Assembly: GCA_029717555.1 (NCBI GenBank)
Contig: JAMDHS010000037.1
Span: 62,001-126,000 of the forward strand
Direction of reading: 5' to 3'
DNA: 64,000 nt
Origin: Peribolospora baueri
Taxonomy: Eukaryota
Positions 1-15,271 of the stretch are shown here, one piece after another; positions within the stretch are counted from its first letter, which is position 1, and each line of letters begins with the position of its first letter. Both the position numbers and the translations under genes were made by a program. The notes under the pieces were generated by a model. The model was given only the letters and a program-made list of their open reading frames with translations, did not search any database and was not told where the DNA came from.

Positions 1-3219
<3,219 letters not shown>

Positions 3220-3623
3220 CTCACCAGGTCTTCGATGGAAGACGGTGACAAAAGAGACAAGAGGATAAGCCCGAAGCTGTTCTCTGCGGACGTCTGTGAT
3301 CGGCGCCACGTGATGATCGTACGCGCGCCGCGCGGAGGCAGACGACGAGAACCAGCGAGTGATTGTCATATGTTCTTCTTCCCCCGCTGGGAGACTGTAA
3401 ACGTAAAAACAACACAAACGACCTTCTCGAGGACATAGTACACTTGACGAATACGAAGGAGGAGCTCTAGTGCGTACGAAAGGTCTGTCGACGCAGCAGG
3501 CGGCCCCGGAGAAGAGGAAAAGAAACACAAACGAGACCTGGACCGAGAGAGGCCCGCAGTCCAGTGCCAACGAAACCGAACGAGAAAAGTAACGAGCACC
3601 ATGCGCAGTCACCTGTGCGGCCT

Positions 3624-5648
3624 TCAATTCCACCTCGGCCGTGTCGGGGTGCCGTTACCCATACCGAACCCGCTCCGCCTAGGGCTCGTCGGCGGTGGAC
3701 CAGCCGTCGCCCTTCCCGACCGCGCGCCCGTGCTCGACGGGCTCCCGAGCCTCGAAGGAGTGCTCGCGCTCGAGCTCAAACCGGTCTCGAAGCCGACGGT
3801 GCGTTTGAGACCCTGGGTGCGAGCCGACGGGCTAGTTCCCTCAGCGCGGCAGGAATCAGAAGAGGCCAAGGCGCCGGCAGTGCGTGCCCCTAACGTCGCG
3901 CTCAACCGACGTTCGCTTTCCGTTTGCGCGCGCTTAGGCGAGGAAGAGAAATTAGGAGAACCAAAAGGCGCGGCAGAACCCGCTGTCCGAGCGGTACTCC
4001 CGCCGAATGAGGTGTCCAGGACCGAAGGTCTGGCGTAGGGCCTGGCTTTCGCGTTGGGCGCGCCGAATGTGAAAGGTGAGCTGGTAGCTGCACCGACGCC
4101 GCCGGCGCTCGAGCCGTACCCGAAATCAAAGCTCGTCTGAGCTGCGCTCGGCGCCCTGTCGTTCCACGAACCTGGGCCGATGCCCCTAGGCGAGGTGCTA
4201 AAGCTTCCACTTGAATTCCCGGCTGCGCCGCCCTCCGTCCAGTGCAACGGCCCCTTGGAAGAGCTGACGTTATCTCTTCGCGGGCCGAAGGCAAGGCTCC
4301 CCGGTGGACGTGCAAACTTTGTAGGTTCAGGCAAAACGGAAGACGCCGCTCTGGACCAGCCTTGTCCGTCGGGGTCATTTTGGGACGCCAACGGAGCGGG
4401 ACCTCCCTGTGGCGCGAAAGAACGGCCGGCAGAGGCTAGGGTGGGATGAGGCGGAGCCATAAAGGTAAAAGGGGTGACGTTGGGGTGCGAATTCGATTGA
4501 GTAAACGGCCCGCCGGTTCGCCCGCCCAGGTCCACCCAGTCACTACCGGTGGACTCGATTCCCTCCGCTTGACGCGAGTCGCTGACTTCAAGCGCCATAT
4601 CCTGGTCGTCGTCGTAATCCGATATATCCGCCTTGGCCTCCAGCGCTTTCTTCCCCTCGGCGATGAGACCGGCTAGCGTGTCTCCGAAGCGCTTGTACAT
4701 CTCATCGTCATCATCCCCGTCATCGTCCAGCCCGTTCGCTGCGGGGCCGGCACTCGCTCGACCCGCTTTCGAGCCTAGAGACCGAGAGGGATGCTCTGGC
4801 GATGAACGAGAGGGACGATGTGGATGCCGACCGACCCTATCAAAGGTCGGTCGTCGTCTTCGGCGAGAAACGTGGACGGTTCTGGCAGGCGTGTTCGTCC
4901 GGCGTGAAGGCCCCGCTAAAGGGTTGTGCTGTCGCGATCAATACGACGATCAGCATCTCGGCGCTTCGCAGACAGGTGCTGACGGAGAAACGAGCCCGCT
5001 CACATCCAATGAATCATAGGGCGGCGGCGGACCTGGGCCACCGAGCTCGTCCCCTTGCGCCTTCTCCGTCTCCTCCCTCTCCTTCGCCGCCGCCTTCTCC
5101 TCCACTCCTCCGATCTCATCCCCCACAGCCTTCTCTCCCCACGTCTTCCACACCGAGAACGCCGTCAGAGCCGCGGCGCTGGTGTATATCGCAGCATCGA
5201 GCGCCGTCTGAAGAATGGCTCCGCCAAGTCCTCGTCGGCGCTTCGTCGGCGGACCTTCTTCCGGGCCGTCGTCTATCGCATCGTCCGAGGACGGAGGCTG
5301 TTGTCGATAGGAGCCGACAACGCGTTGGGCCGACCATAAAGCTGCGCTCAAGTTGGGGCCAGTGCGGTTGCCGGTGCTGACGCTACTCTCGCCACTAGTA
5401 TCTGCGTCGCTCGACGCCCACGCTCCCGGCAGGTACTCCGAGCCCTGGGCGCTGTTCATGCTCACGCCGATCGTGGGTTGGGAATGAGTGGTCGCCGTAG
5501 ACGAGGTGGCCCAAATGCCTCGCTTCTGAGCAGTGGACACCGATTCGCCTTGGTGAGCAGGCGACGGAGGCGGCCGAGAGGCAGGGTGAAGAGGCCCGGA
5601 GACAGGGAAGCGCCGTCGACCCGAGGCCGTGCGCGAGTTGCTCGCCAT
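3624..5648 (-). CDS. Hypothetical low-complexity fungal protein (2 exons, intron about 4929-5004)
   Basis: ATG at 5648. A GTGAG...CAG intron joins PPPYDSLD to HNPLAGPS in frame with ORF 3624-4700. The protein has a hydrophobic segment (ILQTALDAAIYTSAAALTAFSVW), a PPPY motif and LAGLIAEGKKALE. Confidence 0.7.
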
Positions 5649-6202
5649 GCTAAGTCGTGAGTACCGAGAACCGAGACGCGGCTGACGCTGTGAGGCTAAG
5701 AAGAACAAGAGGGGCGGTAGACGAACTGGCTACCGTTGTCGCCGTGGTGAGTGGTGGTGGAGTTTGTTTATCCGGCTGGCCGTGCTCCCTGTCGATCAAA
5801 ACCGACATTGTGGTGAGCACATATACGGCTGCGGCACGCCCCAACGGCGCTCGCGCGACAGTCGTCCGCATCGCACTCCTCCCCCTGAGACGAGCGAGCG
5901 TATGCCTAATCTCCTTACGTCAGGGCTCCATTCCATACCTCGTTTCGTCTTGCGTCCTACCGACTTGGACGTCGTCAAGCCCTTTCCCCAGCTCCGATGC
6001 GGCTCCCCGCAAGCGGGTCGGAGAGGTCACGTGATGCCAAAGGCATTTTAACGCGGCCATTCCGGTAGACGTTACAACCTCGCCACGTGATGTAAGGACA
6101 AGTCAAGGGACAGGTACGGCGCGACTTCCGAGTTCATCGCGGGATACCTATACCGTCGCTCTCAAGAGGCTTCGTATTCGGCCCTGGGAGCGTACAGACG
6201 TT

Positions 6203-6700
6203 ATGATCGCTTGGAGAACGGCGGAGCGGTTGCTGGCTGAGACTCTCACATACACCCTCGCCATCTTTGCCGTGCGACGAGATGAACGAGCCCCAGCTCG
6301 CCGAGTCTCATCTGCCCCATGTCGTCTATTCTCCTCACCATCTCCGTCTCTCCACCTCGATTGCTATCATTTGGGTCCAATGGCTTGTTGAAGTTGCCTC
6401 TCTTCGCCATAAGCAAATCCTCGAACCGCGTCGAGTCTATGGCAAAGTCGGCCACAAGTGAGCTCGCAGGGACACGCTGACGGACGCAGTGGGCCGGGAC
6501 GAGGCTAGTGCGCGATACAGCAATAAAGAGCTGAAGCGTCGTCGTCCAGCTTTGTTTTGGACGGATGGGAAACGGTCGTGTGGCTCGCTTATTCGCTTCG
6601 TTGCCCTTGTTCCTCGCCGGCTTGCCCCTGATGTGCATGCCCGGCGAGGACCATGCGGCTGACCGTCGTGGCGCTGCATCGTGGCGCTTCGAGCTGTGCC
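6203..6700 (+). pseudogene. Possible degenerate Fic-domain gene relic
   Basis: 6564-6630 reads D-G-(+1 nt)-NGRVARLFASLPLFLAGLP, resembling the Fic motif HPFxDGNGRxxR and the helix after it. HPF is missing and no continuous ORF exists. The boundaries are approximate. Confidence 0.35.
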
Positions 6701-7212
6701 CTTCGCGAATTGCGTTCTTCGCATGGCCAGACCGACATGCTCATTTGAGGTCTTGTTATTTGGGGCTGCGCGCCCAGGCGATTGCGGATCAGTCGTTCAA
6801 AGCTTGCGAGAGGGCCTTCCAGCCCGTCCGATATGGGTTGGGCCTGTGATATATGTCCCCCAGGAAAAACGATGTGGAGGAGGATGGACGATGATAGATA
6901 CCTAAACTTTCCGTCTAGTGCTGTAGCGGATGCTGGAAGCTTTGGAAAGCCTGAACGTAGGGCGAGTAAGATCTCTCGTGTCACCGGAAACCAGCGATCA
7001 AGGGTGATAAATGCATGCTTCCAGCCCAAGTGAAAAGGAGTAGGTTAACGCGATGTCGGCGAGCCCGAGTCGCTCCAAAAGATGCAGACAACGTCCACGA
7101 GCTATGACGCTCGTTTTGGATTTCACTCGGGCACAGCATCGACATTCCGGCTACGTCTCTGCCGTTCTTCCTCGCCTTCTCCACTTCATCATCGCACGAG
7201 TCGGCTGCCTGC

Positions 7213-9227
7213 TCACTTGGCCTCGGCACCCTCGGCCTTCTCGCCTTCCTTGGCCTTCTTGTTCTTCTTCTTCGTCACCCTCACCGGTGCCGAAAGGAGC
7301 GCCTTCAGCTCCTCGTCCTCCACCTTCTTCTCGCTCTGCACCGCCTCTGCATTGTACCACGAAGGAGAGGCCGTCAGTCGGATCGGGCCGTTCTTCGTGA
7401 TCGCCACGGTGAAGAAGAACTGCGCGGTCAACGCATCGGCGCGATCGTACCTGGAAACGAAAAGAGGCCATGGAGGGTGTCAGCGGAAAAACGACGTACA
7501 AGAAAGGAAAGATCAAAGCCACTCACAAAACGTCAAAGGGCGTCAACAAGCCGTGGCTGACGCACTCCTGCACGCCCATCTTGGCGCGCTTCTCGTCCTC
7601 GAGTACGCGAAGCGTGAAGGGGAACGGACCGGCCTTCTTCTGAATCTCAGAGAAGACGGCGCGCGAAGTCTTCATCTTAAGCAGGTAGGTCGAGTTGGTC
7701 TTTTTGTAAATCGTCGTCCGCGCCTCGTCTTGCTTCGGCTTTGAACGGAGGGGAATAACGAGAGGCAAGCTGTTCATGGCTGCGATGACAGGAGCTGTCA
7801 GGCGTCCCACAATGACTCACCTTGTTGTCTGAAGAGGTGGTGACGTGAATGTCAATGCCGTACACCTCTCCTTCCTCGAATTTGATCTTGTCGACCTTGT
7901 TGGACTCGTTCTAAGAGCGAGAGACGGTCGGACGTCAGTCTCCTGAATTCGATCAAGCCGTCTCTTTCGGAAAAACCATGGGCCACATACGGGATGCAAA
8001 ACGATCGTCTTCTTGCCGTCCATGACATTCTGCTCGTGCTGAGCGGAGAGCATGCCTGCGGGCGCACAAATGAACGCCACATATTCGCTATGATCAGCTA
8101 AAATGCGAGCCCAGCGCTTCAAAATGCATCGGTGGGGCTTGAAACTTACCCTCGACGCCTTGGCAGCCAAATTGCGCCGCGACCTGGTCGACGACCTTGG
8201 TCACATCATAGTTCTCGTTGCCGACGTGGAGCTTCCTCAGCGCCGCCTCGGCAGCGTTGTAAGCGGCGGCGACAACGTCGGCAGCGCGAGAAGCCTTGAC
8301 AGGGTTGGCGGCGTCATGGCCCACGACGACGGTCTCGGCGACTGTGGAAGCGAAACCATCGATGTGGGCGCCCAGCTGGATCGAGACGACGTCGGAGGCT
8401 GCCAAGTTGGGCAGGTTGGGCTGAGAGGGGAGAGGGGAGTAGTGGCAGATGATACTGAGAGAGGACGGGAAGAGAGATGAGAACGGTCAACGGACGCAGG
8501 TGAGCTGAAAACTTCAGCTCACTTGTTGACGTTGACGCAAGTAGGGAAGGCGAGACCTGCCAATGGACGAGGGGTCATGTGCGCTATTTTTTAATCCAGC
8601 TCTGCCGCTGCTCGTCCCTCCAACTGTGACGCACCCTTGGAAATCTTCTTGTTGTTGTACACCTTGCCCGTCTCCTCCTCGATGAGCCGGTCGCCGAGCT
8701 TGCAAAGCTCGAGAACGGACGCGCCGTCCTTCGCCGCTTCAATCACCTTCTTGAGTGCCTTGGAGGCGATCTCGCCAGCGGTTTTGTACTGTGGAAACGT
8801 GGAACGCAAAAAAGGCAAGGATCAGCACCAAGCGAATGAAGAGGCCAGTATGGTGTCCCACAAGGACAGCTCGCGGCAGGACGCAAGAGTCAAGAGAAGG
8901 ACCTATACGGGCGTACCTTGGTCAGGTCTGTCCATCACAATTCATGCACCAAGTAAAGGGGAGGGGAGAGAGAAAGACAGTGACAGGTAAAGCACAGCAA
9001 AACGACCGAAAGCAAAGGGACGTCAGCGACCAGAAGGCGCGCGAGCAAAACGTCGGGAACAAGTCCTGAACGGACGCCGGATCGGCTCCTCCATCTGAGC
9101 TTTAGCCAGCTATCGCCCACGCGATACTAGCCCGCGATCTCGCTCTACCCGGGGACTTACCAGCCTCGCTCAGCTTCGGCTGCTCAGCCGCGCCGGCATC
9201 CGTAACATTTTTCTCAGCGTCCGTCAT
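7213..9227 (-). CDS. PA2G4: Proliferation-associated 2G4/Ebp1 (curved DNA-binding protein, M24 fold), multi-exon
   Basis: Peptides DLTKYKTAGEIA, LCKLGDRLIEEETGKVY, LGAHIDGF, TTIYKK...YLLKMKTSR, PFPFTLR, GVQECVSHGLL and AQFFFT, plus a Lys-rich C-terminus. ATG at 9227; stop at 7213. Confidence 0.92.
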
Positions 9228-9868
9228 GTCCTCCCGAGCGGTTCAGTGACAAAAAGAAGGAGAAAAGATCGGCGGTAGGTCGGGAGATCAGGAGGTTAGA
9301 ACGACCGAGACGGGCGAAGACGACGGAGAGTCGTGTCAGGTCAGTGCGGGAGGGCGGAAGGAGTGAGATGCGGTCCAGCCTGGTTCTTTCATGTCGCACG
9401 AGAAGAGGCGCGCAGAGGCGATCGAGAATAAGGCGAGCGGAGATATGCGCTGCAAAGCGGCTGAACTCGGTCGGTATTAACAGACTACTGCGACTACCTC
9501 CAAGCCCGGTGGGCTGGCTCTTGGCTCGGTCGCCATGTGGACATCAACATGATGAGAGGACGAGAGGGTGAGGGGAGGGGAATGAAGGCCAAGACGACTA
9601 CAATTACATTGAACGCGAACCTAGTTCCGGGAAATAAATCGATCTGAGCATCCCTGACGATGGGGAGCCGAAACTGTACAAGTACCGTACCGCGTGCACC
9701 GTTAGCGAAAACACATCAACGGAATGAGAAAGAGGTCGTAGTCTGCGTGAATGTACCGAATAGAGAACGGAGGAGAAAATGCCAGGTCGTGTATCGTGCG
9801 GGGCTCGGAATCTATTGACAAGGAAGGTAGTGCGGAGACGATGCGGTTGTGCAAGCAATGATGAAGGG

Positions 9869-12800
9869 TCAAGCGCTGGGGGAAGATGGCTTGGGAGCCG
9901 GGACGACGTAGTCGGCGCCCCGGCCCCTCTCGCTCGCTCCTCCACCCCCACCGCCTAACCCTTCACCGTGGGCGGCGCTCCGGTAGCGCGAAAGCAACGG
10001 GTCGTCCTTGTCGGTCTCGGGATGGAACTGGAGCTTGCCTCCTTCCCACAGCGCCGCGCTGCTCACGCTGGGGTCTCCCGCCGCGGGGTCGTGGAGCGCG
10101 CTTTCTCGCGGCTGTTGGGGTTGCCATCCAGCGCCGATGGAACTGACGACGAGCGACGGCACCATGGCCATAAGGCTTCTCGGCTCGACGCCCGCTTTGC
10201 GAAGCTGGGCGATTCGGCTGCGGCGGACGATGGAACTGGCGCGCATGCGGCCGCCGCGGATGCGCGAGAAGGCGGCGAGGTTGTCACGCACCTGCTCGAT
10301 CGCATCATTGTACTTGTTCGGCTCTTCCTCTCGTTCAGGCACGACGGTCGGCAGTGCGTCCGGGTCAGGGAAGAGGTGGAGGCGGATCAAGAGACGCTCG
10401 ATGGGCTCGGTGGGGATCGTGCGGATGAGGACTCCGGTGGGGAGCGACATGAGGCCGATGATGATGCTGATCCCCCAGCCGCGGCCGTGCAAGCGACGCA
10501 CCTGGAAAGCGGCGCCACCCACCTCGATGATGAGGATCTGGACCGCGACCACTGAGGCGAGTGAAAGGGGGCAGGCAGACATGTCAGCGCTACGTCACGG
10601 CCCGCAATGTCGATCACGCCGAAACATGGGACTCACTGATGATGAAGATGAGTATGTACCACGGGTTCTTCGAGATGCCTTCGAAGATGTTGTACTTGCG
10701 GTCGAGCCGGCGGCAGTTGATCTGGTTGAAGATTTGGCACCACACGAACGTATTGAAGACGATGGTGCTGATAGCGCAAAGCCAGGAGACGAGTTCAGCC
10801 TCTCCTCCGTGTCGGTCGCACTCAGCGATGGGTCAAGGAAAATCATGAACGGCTCTCCTCCGCCCATGCATTCTGTAAGACTCACTTCAGTTCGCTCGTA
10901 TCGGCGATCTGGTCCGCTTGTTCGACGGAGTGCATGTTGAGGATGTCCTTTCCGGCGAAATGCAAGACAAAGGTGACAACGGTCTGGAAAATGGACTGGC
11001 CGACGATCATCTTCCACATATCCACCGAGATCAGAGGCGCCGAGCGCTTGTCCGGTTTGCGGTCCAGCGACGCCGGCGAAGCCGGGTCGGTGGCGAGCGC
11101 CAAGGCGGCGAGGGTACTGGAAGCACACGCGAAGAGGAACTTGCGCTGTCAGCGCGCGCCAAAGAAGGAACGCACGGGTGACAACGGAAACTCACTCCAT
11201 GATCAGGTTAAGCCAGAGCAGTTGGACGGCGGAGAGGACGGACTCTTCAGAGTTGCTAGCGACGGCGCTCACAAAGGTGACGATGACGGCGACAATGTTG
11301 ACGGAGATCTGGAACTGAAGGAACTTTTTCACCGAGTCGTTCACGCACCGTCCCCACATGATCGCCGAGACGATGCTGGAGAAATTGTCGTCCATGAGGA
11401 TGATGTCCGATGCTTCCTTGGCCACCTCCGTTCCCGCAATGCCCATGGAGAAGCCGACGTTGGCCGTCTTGAGCGCAGGGCCGTCATTGGTGCCGTCTCC
11501 GGTCACTCCGACCACCTCCCCCATCTCCTGCAGCTTGCTCACGAGAATCTTCTTGTCTTCCGGCGAGCTGCGGGCTAGCACCTGCAAGCGCGGCACGACC
11601 TCCATCATGTCGCGGTCGCTGAGCTGCCGAAAGACGGGACCTTCGAGGATGATGCCGCCAGAGGAGTAGATGCCGCACTGCGTGGCGATGCTTCGCGCCG
11701 TCAAGACGTTGTCGCCGGTGCACATCTTGACTTGCACGCCAGCTCGGCGACAGGCGTCGACGGCATCGCGAACGCCGTCGCGGAGCGGGTCTTCGATGGC
11801 CATCACGGCGATCATCGTCAAGTCCTTGGCCAAAAATTCGTACGGCACTTCGTTCGGATCCGCGTCGCCGTCGGCCGCCACGGCGCCCTTGCGCCCCGAC
11901 AGGTTGGCGACCTTGCGTTGCGCTTCGGCCGCGCCCGGAGGCGGCCACGAAGGCAAGTCTCGATAGCAGATGGCGATCGTGCGGAGGGACTGGTTGGCGT
12001 AAAAGATGATCGTGCGCGAGATGTTGCCGCGAGTCTCGTCAGTGAATGCCGTAGTCTCGAGAGGGACGTCGTCGTCGTGCGAATTGTTGCCGTCGGTGGG
12101 TTTGGGAGCGGTGACATGGTACATGCACAGCTTGCTCAGCACCTCGCTGGCGCCCTTGAGGTAGAACCGGTATCCGCCCGCAGGCAGCTTGACGACGACG
12201 CCCATGGCCTTGCGCTCCGAGCTGAACGGAATCATCTGAACCACCTCGGCCTGTTCTCGTGCAACGCGATAATCCCCCCAGCCGAGGTCCTTGGCCAACT
12301 TGAGCAGAGCTGTCTCAGTTTTGTTCCCGACAAAGACGACCTTGGTCGAACCATCCGAGTTCTCGACCTCGTCTTCAAAGGCCGTCGAGTTGATGGCAAT
12401 CGAGTCGTTGAGGAGCGTACGGAGTTCGCCCCTGACCGCTTTACCGAGGTCGCACTGGTCCATGGAGATGTCCTTGCGACCGCGCCGAGGAGCCGGCGAC
12501 GCCGCCTGGTCCTTACCCACGTCATCGTTGGCGTTCGAGCGCGTCTTGTTCTCCTCGAGCCGGTACGCAAACTTGAGATGGACGCCGATCGATCCGGCTA
12601 CGACGCTCATCTCGTTCTGTGTCAACGTGCCCGTCCTGGATGCGAAGATGCAGGGAGGGAGGGGGGTCAATGTCGAGCGAAAACGCAGTCCGGCGACACC
12701 TGCTAGGATTACCCACTTGTCCGTACAAACGACCGTAGCATTGGCCATGGTCTCACAGCTGCCGAGCACACGGACGAGCAAGTTTTGGCTCGTCATGCGC

Positions 12801-13222
12801 TTGGTGGCAAACGCCAGGGCGAGGGTGACGGCCAACGGAAGGCCTTCGGGGACGGCAACGACGACGACGGTGACGGCGATGATGAGGATCTGGATGAAGG
12901 ACTGAGCCTTTTCCTGGCTCGTCCTGAAAGATGCGGAGGGCGAAACGCGGCAAAAAAAGGCGAACGTGAGCGAAAGCTACAGAAGGGAATCGCAAGGCCG
13001 AAGACGACGCTCACCGATGTGGGTCAGTGCCAAGCTGGACGAAGAAGCGAATCATCAGAGCGGTGAAGAGGAGGATGCCCGCGAGGGAGCCCAGTTTGGC
13101 GATCAGTTCGGCGAGGTGGTTCAATTTTGTTTGTAGAGGCGTGTTGTCGGTATCGGTGCGGAGGGCTGTAGGACGAGGACGACGACGTGAGGACTCGGAT
13201 GGAAAAAAAAAAAGAAAAAGAA

Positions 13223-13257
<35 letters not shown>

Positions 13258-15271
13258 TGATGAGAGAAGACGAGGTACGAGCTCGACGACTCACAAAGCA
13301 TGAGCTTTCCGTTAAAGCTGCAAGGGCCGATGGCGGTGACCACGTACTCTCCGACGCCTTCGAGCACCTTACTGCCAGAGATGAGAAAGCAGTCCTTGTG
13401 AAGATGCTTGCCGCCGTCGGCGATGGCCTTGTCCGTGGTCTTGAGACAGTCTTCGTACGTGATCTTGCGGATCGCATCGCTCTCGCCTGTCGCGCCAGAC
13501 TCGTCGCACTTGACGTTATGGCCGCGGAGGAAGACGCCGTCGACGGGCACGATCTCGCCCGGCTCGAGCTGCAAAACGTCGCCGACGAGCACGTCGTGCA
13601 CGCTGATGAGCGCGAGCCGACCGCCGCGCACGCATTTCACGTCCCGCTCCTCCTTCTTGGCGTTGAGGTTCCGGAACTGACGCTCCTTCTGGTAGTCGTT
13701 CAATGAGCCGACGAGGACGACGATGACGATGGCCACGATGATCGCCACGCCTTCCACCCAGTCTACCTTTGGCTCAGTGACGTAGCCAGTCGGCGAGTCG
13801 GGGTCCCTATATTGCTTCGGCGGCGCACCGAGGTCTTGGTAGAGGCCGAGGGCGAGCGATACGACGGCGGCGATGGAGAGCAGAACCTACGACGGGGAAG
13901 ACGAGAGGACGACAGAACACGGGAAACATGATCGGACGCGAGCAACCATGCCGGGAGCGAGCCAGGAGCGAACCGGGGAGGAACGACGGCACTCACCAAC
14001 ACCTTATCCTGCAACGCGAGCCACATAAGCTGCAACAGGGTCTTGCTCTTCCTCTCAGGGAGCATATTCTTGCCGAACACCCTCGTCCTGTCTTCTCGCG
14101 AAGGGCCAGATGCGCCACTACCGCCGCCAGCGTCGCCGGCCGTCGCCGTCGCCGTCGCAGCTTCGAGGTCTGGCCCGTCGTGGTGGTCTGAATGTCTGAC
14201 GTGTCCGTCGTCGTGCACGCCGCCCTTGACAAATTCGTTAAGGCCCCTCTTCCCATCGGTGTGCAGGCCCTTCAAAAGGCCCTCGACGCCACCCAAGTCT
14301 CTGAGCGCGTGCACGTCCTTGGGATCAACGAGCCAGCCGAGCTGTCGAGCGGTAAAGTCGAACGGGCCGGGATCGGTGGGCAGCGAGGCGAGCGGGTCCG
14401 GGTGCGCGTCGTCGTCGTCTTGTACTTGACCTCTGGACCAAAACTTCCACCACTTTCTCTTGCGCCCTCCTCGCGCCTTCTCCTCCTCTTTCCCCACCCG
14501 TCCCTCTGCGCCTTGCGGTCCGATGAACTTGTCTGTCGAAACGGCGGTGACACGGGTTTGCCTGGACGCGGCGTGCTCTTCTGCCGATGGGCGACCGTCC
14601 TCGTCGGTGACGTCGGCCGAGCTGACGAGGGTCTTGGTTGTCGCCTCCGTCGCCACGCTCTGATTGCGGCCGTGAACGTAGCGGCCGTCGAGGATGTGCG
14701 TCGACGGCTGGCGCGGCGTCCTGTTATCATTTTCGCGGAGCTTGAGGGCGGTGGAGAATGGATGGGGGGCGGACGAGTCGGAGACGGCGCTGAGGGTGGG
14801 ACTGGGGGGCATGTGAGAGGAAACAGAAAGGGCGGGAGAGCCGGGGAGGGAGGTGTGGACGGTGGAAGGCGAGCCGGCCAAGGTGAGAGAGGGTGTCGGG
14901 GAGTAGGGACTGAGGCTGCCGCCGGCGGTGAGGGGCGAAGGAGGGACCTGCAAGAGCGTCGGGCTACCGGTGCCGAGCAGACTGGCGTGTTCATGGGCGC
15001 CAGAGCCAGAGCCAGAGCCAGGGCTGATAAGGGCGTTGTGCGAGTCGGACGTGCTGGCACCGCTCCAGCTGGCGCCGCCGAAGCTGCCGGACCGACGGTG
15101 GCTTATGGACGAAGGGGAGAGCGACGGGCCATCTTCGGTCAAAGCCGGCGGCGTGGCGGACGGCTGCGGGGTGGAAGTGGTGATGATGGTGGGCAGAAGG
15201 GGTCGGTGGGAGGCAGCACTCTCGCCGGGCTTGGCGCCGGCTTGGTCTTGGTCGGGACTGGGAGAGGTCAT
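9869..15271 (-). CDS. PMC1: P2B-type (PMCA-like) vacuolar Ca2+-transporting ATPase, multi-exon
   Basis: Motifs DESGATGES, VAVPEGLPLAVTLALAFA, DK|TGTLT (phosphorylation site, split by an intron), KGASE, MCTGDN, GDGTNDGPALK and VQLLWLNLIM. Confidence 0.95.
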
